Numbered from the stretch's first letter, positions 30,053 through 40,405 are shown. The stretch is 64,000 nucleotides of DNA from an uncultured SAR86 cluster bacterium (GCA_902535365.1 CACATF010000002.1:15114-79113); one strand, 5' to 3'. Program-made: numbers and translations. Notes: generated by a model from the letters alone, not told the origin.

Positions 30053-31300
30053 ATGGAAGTCGAATACGCGTTAAATACGTTATATATGCTAATTACTGCA
30101 GCACTAGTCATGTGGATGGCTGCAGGATTCACTATGCTAGAAGCAGGTCTTGTTAGAAGAAAAAATACTGCTGAAATTGTTACTAAAAATATCGGTTTAT
30201 ATTCAATAGCTTGTTTTATGTATCTTCTATGTGGCTACATGGCCATGTATCCAGGTGATGCCTTTGCAGGTGGATTTATGCCTGCTTTTGATTTTGGTTT
30301 TGGGGATACTGTTGCTGACACAGTCGAAGATGGCTATGGCTACTCAGAATCTGCCGATTTCTTTTTCCAAGTAGTTTTTGTTGCTACAGCATGTTCAATC
30401 GTTTCTGGAGCAGTTGCTGAAAGAATGAATCAATGGCCTTTCTTTGCATTAGTAGTTTTTATTGCTGCCTTCATATACCCAGTACAAGGTTACTGGAACT
30501 GGGGTGGTGGTTTCTTAAAAGCTGATGGTTATTCTGATTTCGCAGGTTCAGGGACAGTGCATTTAGCCGGAGCAGCATGTGCTTTAGCTGCAGCGCTATT
30601 TATAGGTCCTAGACTTGGGAAATATGGCAAAGAGACTGGTAAGCGTTTTGGAATGTTTCCTATAGCTCAAACCAAAAAGCTATATGGAGCAAATATTCCA
30701 ATAGCTGCTTTAGGTACTTTTGTACTATGGTTAGGCTGGTTTGGTTTCAATGGCGGATCTCAATTAGCTATTCAAGACGTTGAAAATGCTAATGCTGTTG
30801 CTCAGGTTTTCTTGAATACAAATGCTGCTGCTGCAGGTGGTGTAATTGCCTGTTTGGTTGTAGCAAGGGTATTTTTCAAAAAGACTAATATCATATACGC
30901 CCTAAATGGAGCTATATCTGGTCTGGTATCTATTACAGCTGACCCATTATCACCTAGTGGCTATGAAGCTACATTGATTGGTGCATGTGGAGGCTTGCTT
31001 TGCTATGGATCTCTAGTTGCTTTAGAGCAATTCTTTAAAGTTGATGATCCTGTTGGAGCAATCTCAGCTCACGGAACTGCTGGAATATTCGGTGTAATGG
31101 TAGTGCCATTCACCAATGCAGATGCTAATTTCGGATCCCAATTCTATGGTGTTGTATCCATAGTTCTGTGGGGTTTTGTTCTTACTTATGCATTCTTGTT
31201 CTTACTTAACCTCGTAGCGCCAGTTAAGGCGTCTGATGATATTCAGAAGAAAGGATTAGATGCAGAAGAAATTGGTATAGAAGCATACCCAGAATTCTAA
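30053..31300 (+). CDS. amt: Ammonium transporter (Amt family)
   Basis: Polytopic protein. Amt signature DFAGSGTVHLAGA and second conserved His block AISAHGTAGIFG. Confidence 0.94.
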   Translation: MEVEYALNTLYMLITAALVMWMAAGFTMLEAGLVRRKNTAEIVTKNIGLYSIACFMYLLCGYMAMYPGDAFAGGFMPAFDFGFGDTVADTVEDGYGYSESADFFFQVVFVATACSIVSGAVAERMNQWPFFALVVFIAAFIYPVQGYWNWGGGFLKADGYSDFAGSGTVHLAGAACALAAALFIGPRLGKYGKETGKRFGMFPIAQTKKLYGANIPIAALGTFVLWLGWFGFNGGSQLAIQDVENANAVAQVFLNTNAAAAGGVIACLVVARVFFKKTNIIYALNGAISGLVSITADPLSPSGYEATLIGACGGLLCYGSLVALEQFFKVDDPVGAISAHGTAGIFGVMVVPFTNADANFGSQFYGVVSIVLWGFVLTYAFLFLLNLVAPVKASDDIQKKGLDAEEIGIEAYPEF

Positions 31301-31302
31301 GA

Positions 31303-31416
31303 ATGGAAGACGAGAGAAAAGCTAAATCCCTACTTATTGCCCTTTGTTTTGTTTTTGGTTTTTCTCTCGGCTTTTATATAACAATTTTAACTGGAACTAA
31401 TACGCTTCTGAGTTAA
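31303..31416 (+). CDS. Possible 37-aa single-TM peptide downstream of amt (speculative)
   Basis: Manual translation: MEDERKAKSLLIALCFVFGFSLGFYITILTGTNTLLS. The ATG lies 2 nt after the amt stop. No SD seen. Confidence 0.25.
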   Translation: MEDERKAKSLLIALCFVFGFSLGFYITILTGTNTLLS

Positions 31417-31435
31417 TTTTAGATAAGATGGTTTT

Positions 31436-32956
31436 ATGAGAATTAAAGCCATCTTTCTTTTCTTCCTTGTTTTATCAATTAAAGCAAGTGATTACCAAAA
31501 TAAATCAATTTATGAGCTTCAGGAGCTAATAGAAGCCTCAGATAACAAGAAATTATTCATTGATGATTATCTAAGTTATTTAGAGACAAATGACGTTGTA
31601 AATTCAATAAATTCGCTACACAGTTCAAATGAACTATATAAATCCTATGTTTATTCCAGAAGAACACCCTGGCGTGGTGTTCCCATCTTTATAAAAGACA
31701 ATATTGATTCGTATGGGTTAGCGAATACCGCAGGCTCATTACTGATGTCAGATAACTTGCCAAGAGATGATGCTCAGCTGGTAAAAAACTTAAAAAAAGC
31801 TGGTTTCCTGGTGGTTGGCAAAACCAATCTTTCCGAGTGGGCAAACTTCAGAGGGCAAGGATCTGTAAGCGGTTGGTCAAGTTTTGGTGGACAAACTCTC
31901 AATCCTTACAATCTTGAATACAACCCTTGTGGCTCAAGTTCAGGCAGTGCAGCAGTTGTTGCCGAAGGATTGGCGCCAGTTTCAATAGGAACAGAAACCA
32001 ATGGCTCAATAACATGTCCAGCTTCTATGAATGGTGTTGTTGGTATTAAACCTACGGTGGGATTGGTAAGTCGCGATGGTATTATTCCAATCTCAGCCAC
32101 TCAAGATACTGCAGGACCAATGGCCCGAACAGTACTTGAAGCTGCTGAAGTGCTAAAAGCCATATCAGGCCGAGATCCTAAGGATCCAGCAACCCGTAAT
32201 ATACCTCGAAATTACAATTACGATACATTAATTGACCTTGATAAGAATTATCTAAAAGACAAAAGAATCGGAGTTATTGTGCTTGGGAACAATGCTAGTG
32301 CGACAGAGATTGAACTAGACAAGAAAGTTCGAGAAAACATAGCAACAGCAGGCGGAGAAATCATTGATATCACCCTTGATGCTTTTACTGATGATGATTG
32401 GTCAAAGGCCTTATTTCTCCTCTTTTATGAATTCAACAACGGTTTAAATGAGTATCTCAAACAGTCAAATTCTGAGCATAAATCTATTGATGACATTATT
32501 GAAAACAATCTAAAAAGAAGGGATGAGATTCTTAAATATTTTGGGCAAGAACTTATGATAGAGAGCTCAAAAGCTGCGAAAGGCAAAATCTATGAGGGAG
32601 AAAAAAGTGAACTTATTTACGCTGATGCAAATGCAGTAACACTTAAAGCTCAATCAATTATTGATAAGACGCTTAAGGATAATTCAATCGATTTATTCGT
32701 AGGTTTAACAAGAAATCCTGCATGGAAGATTGATTATGAAAATGGTGATAATTTTTCAAATAGTTGGGGCAATGGTTCATTGTCAGCCATTGCAGGCTAC
32801 CCTCATATTACTATTCCATTATCCTATGTTGATGGATTGCCGGTTGGTGTGTCATTTATGGCTTCTAGCTGGGAGGAATCAAAGATAATTAATGCGGCTT
32901 TTGCTTTTGAGTATGTAAATAACTTTATACCGCGCCCTATCAGAGACACGAAGTAA
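31436..32956 (+). CDS. Secreted amidase (amidase-signature family)
   Basis: Signal peptide. AS-family Gly/Ser-rich block NPCGSSSGSAAVVAEG and downstream GTETNGSITCPAS. Confidence 0.85.
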   Translation: MRIKAIFLFFLVLSIKASDYQNKSIYELQELIEASDNKKLFIDDYLSYLETNDVVNSINSLHSSNELYKSYVYSRRTPWRGVPIFIKDNIDSYGLANTAGSLLMSDNLPRDDAQLVKNLKKAGFLVVGKTNLSEWANFRGQGSVSGWSSFGGQTLNPYNLEYNPCGSSSGSAAVVAEGLAPVSIGTETNGSITCPASMNGVVGIKPTVGLVSRDGIIPISATQDTAGPMARTVLEAAEVLKAISGRDPKDPATRNIPRNYNYDTLIDLDKNYLKDKRIGVIVLGNNASATEIELDKKVRENIATAGGEIIDITLDAFTDDDWSKALFLLFYEFNNGLNEYLKQSNSEHKSIDDIIENNLKRRDEILKYFGQELMIESSKAAKGKIYEGEKSELIYADANAVTLKAQSIIDKTLKDNSIDLFVGLTRNPAWKIDYENGDNFSNSWGNGSLSAIAGYPHITIPLSYVDGLPVGVSFMASSWEESKIINAAFAFEYVNNFIPRPIRDTK

Positions 32957-33749
32957 TTCTTAACTTTGCTATATCTATACTTAGATTATTAGGTGAGTTA
33001 AGGGATTTTTTTATGTCATTTAGCTCAAGAATTTTCTGCAAATTGTCTCTAGCTTCAGTTCCATTAACTTTTTTCTTTCTGTTGAAGATTAGGTAATCAA
33101 CAAATGTATCTAACTCCAACCTATCTTTACTTGAAATCTTTTTATCAGAAATTTGTTTACCGAAACCATTCAATGCGTCAAGAATTTTTTCATTGTGGCC
33201 CTCTAGAATCCAGGGGTTATAACTTATAAATTCCATCAAACCTTGTTCAAAATTAATACCCTTATCTTTTGCATAGATCATAACCTCTTCAGGTGATGGT
33301 TTAGCAATTTTTACTTTATGAAATCTGCTTAAAATTGTAGCGGGCACTGCATTAAGGTTAGAGGTAGCAATAATAATATAAATATTCTCATTAGCTTCCT
33401 CAGATACTTTTAGCAAAGCATTGTAGCCATCAATCCTAATCTGTTCTGCGCTTTGGATATACAACACCCTGTTCTTTGAGGTATTTAAAGTCAAAAAGTC
33501 TTTTGGAGCACGAAGCTGATCCATGGTGATAAAAGATTTGCCTTCATCGGCTTTGAGTAAATAGAAATTTGGCGAAGCAATCTGATCCAATGCCAAATTA
33601 TGATAATCTTTCTCATCAATCTGAGATATCAATTTCTTAATAAGCAGATCTACTACAGCAACGACATTAGCTCCCTCTGAGCCAAAAAATATTGTTTTAG
33701 GTTCAAATTTATTGTGGTTCTCTACAAAAGATTTAGTCCAGGGAAACAT
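32940..33749 (-). CDS. holB: DNA polymerase III delta-prime subunit (short form)
   Basis: Follows tmk as in E. coli. Block YNALLKVSEEANENIYIIIATSNLNAVPATILSRF resembles the clamp-loader sensor region (NALLKTLEEP...TILSRC). Confidence 0.75.
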   Translation of the reverse strand: MFPWTKSFVENHNKFEPKTIFFGSEGANVVAVVDLLIKKLISQIDEKDYHNLALDQIASPNFYLLKADEGKSFITMDQLRAPKDFLTLNTSKNRVLYIQSAEQIRIDGYNALLKVSEEANENIYIIIATSNLNAVPATILSRFHKVKIAKPSPEEVMIYAKDKGINFEQGLMEFISYNPWILEGHNEKILDALNGFGKQISDKKISSKDRLELDTFVDYLIFNRKKKVNGTEARDNLQKILELNDIKKSLNSPNNLSIDIAKLRITSCL

Positions 33750-34350
33750 TTAATTTGTTGCTTATAATTTTCTTAATTGATTCGTGTAGCTCGTCTATAG
33801 TTTTTTTTGCATCCAACACAACAACTCTTTCAGGATTGTCATGAGCAATCTGAAGATAGCCTTCTCTCACTTTTTTGAAAAAATCTATTGATTCACTCTC
33901 CATTCTATCCATTTCTCTATCAGAGATTCTTTCTCTGGAGAGTTCAGCAGAAATATCCATGTAAAAAGTTAAATCAGGCGATAGGAGCTGAGAAGAATCA
34001 TGAATTAATTTAACAAAGTTATGATCTAGGCCTTTGCCATAGCTTTGGTAAGCCAATGTTGCATCTGCGTACCTATCAGCAATAACAATTGCACCATCAC
34101 TAAGATTTTGTCTTAAAAAGTTTTGGTCAAGGTGTTTTCTGGATGCGTATAATAAAAACGCTTCCGTAATAGGATCAACAGTTTCAGTGGTTTTCTCTAA
34201 AAAAATATTTCTTATTTTTTCTCCAAGCTCTGTCGTACCTGGTTCTCTTAGTTTTTTTACTTGATAGCCTTTAGCTCTAATGAGTTCCTCAATTAGCTCT
34301 ATCTGGGTTGATTTACCAGATCCCTCAATACCTTCAAACGAAATAAACAC
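33733..34350 (-). CDS. tmk: Thymidylate kinase
   Basis: P-loop FEGIEGSGKSTQ. DRY-like ADRYADAT. 205 aa. Confidence 0.93.
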   Translation of the reverse strand: MFISFEGIEGSGKSTQIELIEELIRAKGYQVKKLREPGTTELGEKIRNIFLEKTTETVDPITEAFLLYASRKHLDQNFLRQNLSDGAIVIADRYADATLAYQSYGKGLDHNFVKLIHDSSQLLSPDLTFYMDISAELSRERISDREMDRMESESIDFFKKVREGYLQIAHDNPERVVVLDAKKTIDELHESIKKIISNKLNVSLD

Positions 34351-34358
34351 AATCTATA

Positions 34359-35348
34359 TTATTTACTGTAAATGTATTTTTTGACAGCTTTATTATGCTC
34401 TTCATAAGTTTTAGAGAATACGTGTGAGCCATCACCTTTTGCTACAAAATAAAGGTAGTTTCCAGGCACTGATTTAATTGCTGCCTCAATAGCGCCTTGA
34501 GATGGATAACATATTGGGCTGGGAGGTAATCCATTTATTCTGTATGTATTAAACTGATTGTTATCATCAAGAACTGCTCGTCCAATTTTGTCTCCATACT
34601 CACCATAATAACCGTACGCAGAAGTTGGATCAGCTTGTAATCTCATGCCTTTTTGGAGCCTAAACAAGAACACAGAGGCAATTGTTGGCATTTCTGATGC
34701 TAACAACGATTCTCTCTCTATAATTGAGGCCAATACCAATGCCTCATCAATTGATTTTAATGGGTTGCCTGATGGCTTCTCTTTCCATATTGATTCTAAA
34801 TAATCGTCAAGGTAACTTCTTGAGCTCTCTAAAACAGCTATGAGATCTTCTTGGGTTGAAAAGAAATAAGTATCAGGGGCAATTAATGCTTCTTTCAAGA
34901 ATAATCCCTCCAATACTGGATCCAAAGATTCACCAATGTCTTCCTTAGTAATAATTTCTTTGAGTTTCTTGAGGTTATTTTTGGCAACTGTGCCTTCAAT
35001 GACTGTAAATTTAAATTGCTGTACGTCACCATTTTCAAAGGCATTTATAAGGTCTTTGATAGAGTAATTGGGTAAAATATTGTACCTGCCGGTTTTTATG
35101 ACTGGTGCTTCTTTGAAGATGTAGTTAAACCTTATCCACCAGGTACTATGAAGATCGTACTTGTCTTCTAATTTAGCTAAAACTGAGTAAAGATTTTCAC
35201 CTTTTTTTATAACAAACGAGGTGTTTGTTTCAGATAAGACTTTTTGATTTAAAGAAATATGGAGCTTTATTTGTAAAAATAAAACTCCAAAGAATATTAG
35301 TAAAAGTAAAGCTTTTTTAGCTGTTATTTTCGATCCAATCGACAGCAC
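34359..35348 (-). CDS. mltG: Endolytic murein transglycosylase (YceG family)
   Basis: N-terminal TM anchor. YceG blocks ([24 protein letters not shown]). Position upstream of tmk. Confidence 0.88.
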   Translation of the reverse strand: MLSIGSKITAKKALLLLIFFGVLFLQIKLHISLNQKVLSETNTSFVIKKGENLYSVLAKLEDKYDLHSTWWIRFNYIFKEAPVIKTGRYNILPNYSIKDLINAFENGDVQQFKFTVIEGTVAKNNLKKLKEIITKEDIGESLDPVLEGLFLKEALIAPDTYFFSTQEDLIAVLESSRSYLDDYLESIWKEKPSGNPLKSIDEALVLASIIERESLLASEMPTIASVFLFRLQKGMRLQADPTSAYGYYGEYGDKIGRAVLDDNNQFNTYRINGLPPSPICYPSQGAIEAAIKSVPGNYLYFVAKGDGSHVFSKTYEEHNKAVKKYIYSK

Positions 35349-35550
35349 TCTGAATAGTTGTTATGTTTTCAGCTTCATCATCAGGAATTTCTAGTCCAAA
35401 TTCCTCTTCAAAAGCCATTACAAGCTCAACAGTATCTAAAGAGTCAGCACCTAAATCTTCAACAAATGATGATTCGGATGTAACGTCATCCTTACTTACA
35501 GTTAATTGGCTGCAAACAATATCTACAACTTTATCTAATACTTCGCTCAT
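35317..35550 (-). CDS. acpP: Acyl carrier protein
   Basis: 77 aa. Phosphopantetheine site [20 protein letters not shown]. Confidence 0.96.
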   Translation of the reverse strand: MSEVLDKVVDIVCSQLTVSKDDVTSESSFVEDLGADSLDTVELVMAFEEEFGLEIPDDEAENITTIQSAVDWIENNS

Positions 35551-35584
35551 TTTTACTCCTTTGGTAAATTTGTAAAGACATACA

Positions 35585-36286
35585 TTACTTCATAAATAGG
35601 CCGCCATCAACTACTAATGTTTGGCCTGTTATATAGTTTGAATGTTCTGAAGACAAAAAGTTCACTAGAGGCACAATATCTTCTACATTTCCTGCCCTTC
35701 CAAGTGGTATTTTTTTAATTAGCTCGTCATTTAAAATATCTTCGGTCATTTCTGTAGCAATGAAACCTGGTGCGACTGCATTAACTGTAATATTCCTTGA
35801 ACCTAACTCTTTTGCCAATGATCTGGTAAAACCATCCATTCCAGCTTTTGAGGCTGAATAATTGGTTTGGCCAGGATTGCCCATAATGCCTGAAATGGAG
35901 CTTATATTAATTATTCTTCCCCACCTACGTTTTAACATTCCCTTGGCTACAAGTTTTGTAACCCTGAATGTTCCGGTAAGATTTGTTGTAATAACATCCA
36001 TCCAATCTTCATCTGACATTCTAAGAAATAAATTGTCCTTCGTTATCCCAGCGTTATTAATGAGAACATCTGGCTCAAATGCATCTACAGCGCTTTGAAA
36101 GGAATCTATTGAATCTTTGCTTGATATATCCAAGCTGTGCACAGTTAGTAGTTTGTTATCAAAAGGAAATTTTGAAGAATCACGGCACGTCGTTAGCACT
36201 TCATGACCTTCATTTAGAAATGACTCAACAATTGCCTTGCCAATTCCCCTGCTTCCACCAGTGATTAAAATCTTTTTATTTTCCAT
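35585..36286 (-). CDS. fabG: 3-oxoacyl-ACP reductase
   Basis: SDR with [14 protein letters not shown] and YSASKAG motifs. Start set at the internal [11 protein letters not shown] (36286); the 43-codon upstream extension in the track overlaps fabD and looks spurious. Confidence 0.9.
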   Translation of the reverse strand: MENKKILITGGSRGIGKAIVESFLNEGHEVLTTCRDSSKFPFDNKLLTVHSLDISSKDSIDSFQSAVDAFEPDVLINNAGITKDNLFLRMSDEDWMDVITTNLTGTFRVTKLVAKGMLKRRWGRIINISSISGIMGNPGQTNYSASKAGMDGFTRSLAKELGSRNITVNAVAPGFIATEMTEDILNDELIKKIPLGRAGNVEDIVPLVNFLSSEHSNYITGQTLVVDGGLFMK

Positions 36287-37205
36287 ATGTAGATAATAGT
36301 TCTTTAAATTTATCAATGTTATCCAAAGAAGCAAATTCACCTGTAACTCTATTTTGTTTTGCAAGCCCAGAAAGCACTTTATTGGGACCAAATTCCAGGT
36401 GCATATCAAGTCCATACTTTTTGAGCCTATTCATTGAAGAAACCCATTGAACAGGCTTAGATACTTGATACGACAAGTTTTCTGCAATTTCAGCAAGAGT
36501 TATTGGAACCTTGGCTTGAAAATTTTGAATAATAGGGAAGTCAGGCTTATTTAGACTTATTTCATCCAGTACAAGCTTAAGTTTTGTAGAGGCAATGCTC
36601 ATTAGGCTTGAGTGAGACGGAACTGATACAGCTAAATCAACTACCCTCTTTGCTCCATTTTCTGCAAGGTCATTTTTTACTGACTCTATCTCATCAGCAT
36701 TACCTGCAATCACAGTTTGTGTTGGTGAATTAAAGTTAACAGCTTCTAAGAATTTAGCTTTTTTGTTAGTTAATATTTTTTGCAGTTCTGAACCATCCAA
36801 TCCAAGCACAGCAGACATTTTTGTTTTAGTGTCACCTTTGCTTTCAATCATAAATGTAGCTCTGCACTTGATGAACTTGAGTGCATCTTCAAAACTCATG
36901 CCACCAGAGCATAGCAAAGCTGAAACTTCGCCCAAACTATGGCCAGCAGAAATTTTTGGCATTGGACAATTATGTCTCTCCCAGACTTTAAATAATGCAT
37001 AGCTCATAAGCATTAAGATTGGCTGAGTGTAGTATGTATCCGATAATCTTGGATCCTCTGTGAAAATTATAGATTTGAAATCTTCTTTGTAGTATTCCTC
37101 GCCTAGTCCTAGTATTTCGCTAAATTCAGAAAACTCCTCAAAATGCTCTTTGAACATTCCAGTATACTGAGACCCTTGGCCAGGGAATAAGAATGAAAAA
37201 CTCAT
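36276..37205 (-). CDS. fabD: Malonyl-CoA:ACP transacylase
   Basis: FPGQGSQ start. Active-site GHSLGE. 309 aa. Confidence 0.94.
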   Translation of the reverse strand: MSFSFLFPGQGSQYTGMFKEHFEEFSEFSEILGLGEEYYKEDFKSIIFTEDPRLSDTYYTQPILMLMSYALFKVWERHNCPMPKISAGHSLGEVSALLCSGGMSFEDALKFIKCRATFMIESKGDTKTKMSAVLGLDGSELQKILTNKKAKFLEAVNFNSPTQTVIAGNADEIESVKNDLAENGAKRVVDLAVSVPSHSSLMSIASTKLKLVLDEISLNKPDFPIIQNFQAKVPITLAEIAENLSYQVSKPVQWVSSMNRLKKYGLDMHLEFGPNKVLSGLAKQNRVTGEFASLDNIDKFKELLSTYGK

Positions 37206-37211
37206 ATGAAT

Positions 37212-37421
37212 TTATTGCTGGATTTCTTCTTCAGGTTCTTTGGTTTTTTTCTTCAGATCTTTAACCAATCTTCCTTTATAAAAACCATCCGCTGACATGT
37301 TGTGCCTTAGATGCTTCTCACCTGAAACCGGATCAGTAGACAATGAGTTTGAATTCAGAGCGTCATGTGAACGCCTCATTCCTATTCTACTTCTTGTTTT
37401 TTTACTTTTTTGTACAGCCAT
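37212..37421 (-). CDS. rpmF: 50S ribosomal protein L32
   Basis: [23 protein letters not shown]-terminus. Heads the fab cluster as in E. coli. Confidence 0.93.
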   Translation of the reverse strand: MAVQKSKKTRSRIGMRRSHDALNSNSLSTDPVSGEKHLRHNMSADGFYKGRLVKDLKKKTKEPEEEIQQ

Positions 37422-37499
37422 GAAGTCGCCATTTTAAATCTTTTATTTGATATTGTGAAGCTAATTATAAAATTGTTAAAAGTCTTGTAAGATTAACCT

Positions 37500-37817
37500 A
37501 TGATAATTGTTACAGCTGATTCGATACCGGGGAAAAATATAATAACCACAATTGGGCATGTCAAAGGAAGTTCTGCTCGTGCCAGACACGCAGTTGCAGA
37601 TGTTTTTGCCAGTCTAAAAAATATTGTAGGTGGAGAGGTCTCTGAATACTCCCGCCTCTTACAACAAACAAGAGATCAAGCAATTGAAAGAATGGTTAAA
37701 GATGCTGAAAGTAAAGGAGCAAACGCCATAATTGCATTTAGAATACAAAGCAGCACTATCGCCCAAGGTGCGTCAGAAGTCGTTGCCTATGGAACTGGTG
37801 TATTTATAGAAGACTGA
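37500..37817 (+). CDS. YbjQ/UPF0145 family protein
   Basis: 105 aa with the typical pattern (TTIGHVKGS...NIVGGEV..Y...R..A...M...A...GANAII..R). Confidence 0.8.
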   Translation: MIIVTADSIPGKNIITTIGHVKGSSARARHAVADVFASLKNIVGGEVSEYSRLLQQTRDQAIERMVKDAESKGANAIIAFRIQSSTIAQGASEVVAYGTGVFIED

Positions 37818-37819
37818 GG

Positions 37820-38350
37820 CTAGTAAGTGTCTTCCTCTAACTCTAGTGGGCTAGGGCCAAACCTATTATCGTCATAATCACCTTTTCTAAGGAATGTAAG
37901 GCAGTAAATAATGACAATTAAATTTCCGAGAGCATCGAGTCGAACCATTGATTCAACTGCTGAAGGGGCAATTGTTACATAGATATTTATTCCGGAAGCA
38001 ACCAGATACGGCAATGACCAATAATAGCTTAAATCAAGATCCTGAAGCCTTCGAACAGTAACAGCGAAACCAGGAAGGAATAAAGCTAAAGCCAATACAA
38101 TTGAAACTACCCTAATAGATGTCCCAAAATCACTATTTAGTATGAATGTGGTTGCGTTATCTTCGCTCAATGTAGCAACATATTCCCAGTCAACATTACC
38201 AAAAGTAAAAAAGACGGTCACTGTTGATACTAAAAGTGATACTAGAAAGCTAAATAATAGAAAATACCACCACTCTGCTCTGCAAGCTCTACCTTTAAAA
38301 GTTGAATACTTCTTTATTAACGAAGAATTTACTGCTTGTCCAAAATTCAT
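37820..38350 (-). CDS. DUF805 family inner-membrane protein
   Basis: N-terminal FKGRACRAEWWYFLLF motif and RRLQDLD loop, typical of DUF805 (YhaH-like). Confidence 0.75.
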   Translation of the reverse strand: MNFGQAVNSSLIKKYSTFKGRACRAEWWYFLLFSFLVSLLVSTVTVFFTFGNVDWEYVATLSEDNATTFILNSDFGTSIRVVSIVLALALFLPGFAVTVRRLQDLDLSYYWSLPYLVASGINIYVTIAPSAVESMVRLDALGNLIVIIYCLTFLRKGDYDDNRFGPSPLELEEDTY

Positions 38351-38365
38351 TGTTTGATTGTATGT

Positions 38366-39076
38366 TTATTTGATGTACACATCAAACTTAACAGACTTTC
38401 CTTTAATTTCTAAATTTGGTTTTTTTACACTAACCGCTCTGCCCTCTTTTTTCACAACTAAGCGTTTGTAATTTACTGCTGCAAATAGATCGAACAACTC
38501 ATTGCCGTGATCATCTAAATACATATCTAGAAATGTCATTGTCTTATTTCTGGCTAATTTTTTTTCAGAATTGAACATGGGGTCGATGTAAATAGCGTCA
38601 TAATGCTCTGCTTGCTCAAGAAAGGCCCTTGAATCCGATTGTCTTACAGTTATCCTTTTTACAGCATCAATAAAATATTTTGTTGGTGGCAAGCATCTAA
38701 GTGCTTCTTCAAAAAGTATTGTTAGTCCTTTATTTTGTTCTACATATGTAACATTTGCGCCCAATAGTGCCAATATAAATGTGTCATGGCCTAGTCCTCC
38801 AGTGCAATCGAGGATGCTCATTGAGCTAATATTTTTACCAAATGCCTTTTTTATAAGGTTTTCCGTTTGATATTTCTGAATTCTTGAAGCAAATTTCCCC
38901 TTCACGAAAGAGTTGCTTATGCTGTGATCTAAAAAAAATAGCTTCGATTCATCTGAGATTTCAACATAACAAGGTGTATTAGGTAAATTTGTATTTAATT
39001 CGTATTTATTTGCGTAATGAGATGCTGTTTTTTTATACCTTTCTTCTACAAAATTTATTGTTTCTATATCAGACAT
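38366..39076 (-). CDS. rsmJ: 16S rRNA (guanine1516-N2)-methyltransferase
   Basis: SAM motif ILDCTGGLGHDTFILALLGANVTYVEQN and IYIDPMF, resembling RsmJ (YhiQ). Confidence 0.75.
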   Translation of the reverse strand: MSDIETINFVEERYKKTASHYANKYELNTNLPNTPCYVEISDESKLFFLDHSISNSFVKGKFASRIQKYQTENLIKKAFGKNISSMSILDCTGGLGHDTFILALLGANVTYVEQNKGLTILFEEALRCLPPTKYFIDAVKRITVRQSDSRAFLEQAEHYDAIYIDPMFNSEKKLARNKTMTFLDMYLDDHGNELFDLFAAVNYKRLVVKKEGRAVSVKKPNLEIKGKSVKFDVYIK

Positions 39077-39828
39077 AGAATTAAGATCCCAAGCAACACC
39101 CTGTATAGGACAAATGGAGTATAGCCAATAGACTTTACAACCTTTAAAAAGATATCAATTGATACATATGCAAATATAAATGTCGTTAAAAACCCTGTAA
39201 TTGTTGTTAAAATGCTTATATCTGTATCTAAATATCTTATATCTAAAAAACTGAAAAAAATTGCTCCTGCTATAGTGGGTATAGATAGCATCAAAGAGAA
39301 TTTTGCTGCATCCGTCTTATTAAAACCTAAAAATAATGCTGCAGTTATTGCTGTGCCTGATCTAGATGCGCCAGATATTAAGCTGAAGCATTGAAATAAC
39401 CCTATAAAAAAAGCTTCCCAAACCTTCATCCTGCCATTTTGCTTATTTTCCTTGCCTACATAGGTGCTAATCAGCAGTAAAATTCCAAATACTATATTTG
39501 CTAAGGCAATGCTACTCAAAGTCCATCTATAGTCTCCTAACCCTGGAATTAAGAGTGCTGATGCCACTAGAGGCATTGTTGCCAGAACTAATAATAAAAA
39601 CATTCTAGATTTGTAAAAATTGATGTCTAAGAATTCTTTACGAAAAAACAATAAAACTGCTGCCAATGTTGCTGCATGAACTGTAATATCAAAAAAAATG
39701 CCTTGATCTGGCCAGCCAAGCAATTTACTGGGCAATAAAAGGTGTGCTGAGCTTGATATAGGAAGAAACTCTGTAATAGCTTGAATTATGCTTAGAATAA
39801 TTATTTGTAAAAGATCTACTTCACCCAT
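39064..39828 (-). CDS. uppP: Undecaprenyl-diphosphate phosphatase
   Basis: Polytopic protein. BacA motifs QAITEFLPISSSAHL and SRSGTAI. Confidence 0.92.
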   Translation of the reverse strand: MGEVDLLQIIILSIIQAITEFLPISSSAHLLLPSKLLGWPDQGIFFDITVHAATLAAVLLFFRKEFLDINFYKSRMFLLLVLATMPLVASALLIPGLGDYRWTLSSIALANIVFGILLLISTYVGKENKQNGRMKVWEAFFIGLFQCFSLISGASRSGTAITAALFLGFNKTDAAKFSLMLSIPTIAGAIFFSFLDIRYLDTDISILTTITGFLTTFIFAYVSIDIFLKVVKSIGYTPFVLYRVLLGILILCLI

Positions 39829-40405
39829 TTAATTTTCTGTATTGAAGTTCTTTAATATAGTTTGGTTGATTTGAAGTTAAGTGATTAGCACCTTCGCTAA
39901 CCATATCAACGATATTTTTTGCGATTATGTTGTCTGGTAGTATCTCTAAATTCTCTATCTCACTTATTGGTTCTGTAGAAACAAAGCTAAGCTTCTCATC
40001 AAATGTATTTATATTGGCGGCATAAATTTCTTTGTTATTTTTTAGGAAGTAAAAATCATTTTTATTGCCTTTTATTACTGGAACTTTATCGCTTTTTCCC
40101 CAAGCTAATGCTGTTAAATTTGAATAAGCAAGAAAGTCCTTTTCAGTGATTAGCTTCAATGTGCTGAGGAAAGTGTATGCTAGCCGTGCTCCTGTATATG
40201 AGCCAGGACCTGCTGCATAGGCAAACAGATCAACTTTAAAAAAACTAAAATCAGGCAAAGATGTTTGAATGTCATTTATTTTTTTACTCCAATCATTTCT
40301 CTTATAGCGATCAGATTCATCAAAAATAAAGTCAGTTACTACACCATCATATTTAATCGAAATGAAGTGTGTATCAGTTGTTAAATCAATTGCAAAAATA
40401 TTCAA
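39821..40405 (-). CDS. tsaB: tRNA t6A biosynthesis protein TsaB (YeaZ)
   Basis: Short (194 aa) ASKHA-fold protein with the AAGPGSYTGARLAY motif. Confidence 0.78.
   Translation of the reverse strand: MNIFAIDLTTDTHFISIKYDGVVTDFIFDESDRYKRNDWSKKINDIQTSLPDFSFFKVDLFAYAAGPGSYTGARLAYTFLSTLKLITEKDFLAYSNLTALAWGKSDKVPVIKGNKNDFYFLKNNKEIYAANINTFDEKLSFVSTEPISEIENLEILPDNIIAKNIVDMVSEGANHLTSNQPNYIKELQYRKLNG

Noticed and set aside
35585-36415. N-terminal extensions suggested by the ORF track for fabG (to 36415), serA (to 51407), the MaoC-N protein (to 58507), the SDR (TTG at 57575) and the porin (ATG at 29438)
   Set aside because: In each case an internal ATG aligns with the conserved family N-terminus or has a properly spaced SD. 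The extension overlaps the neighbouring gene or has no SD spacing.
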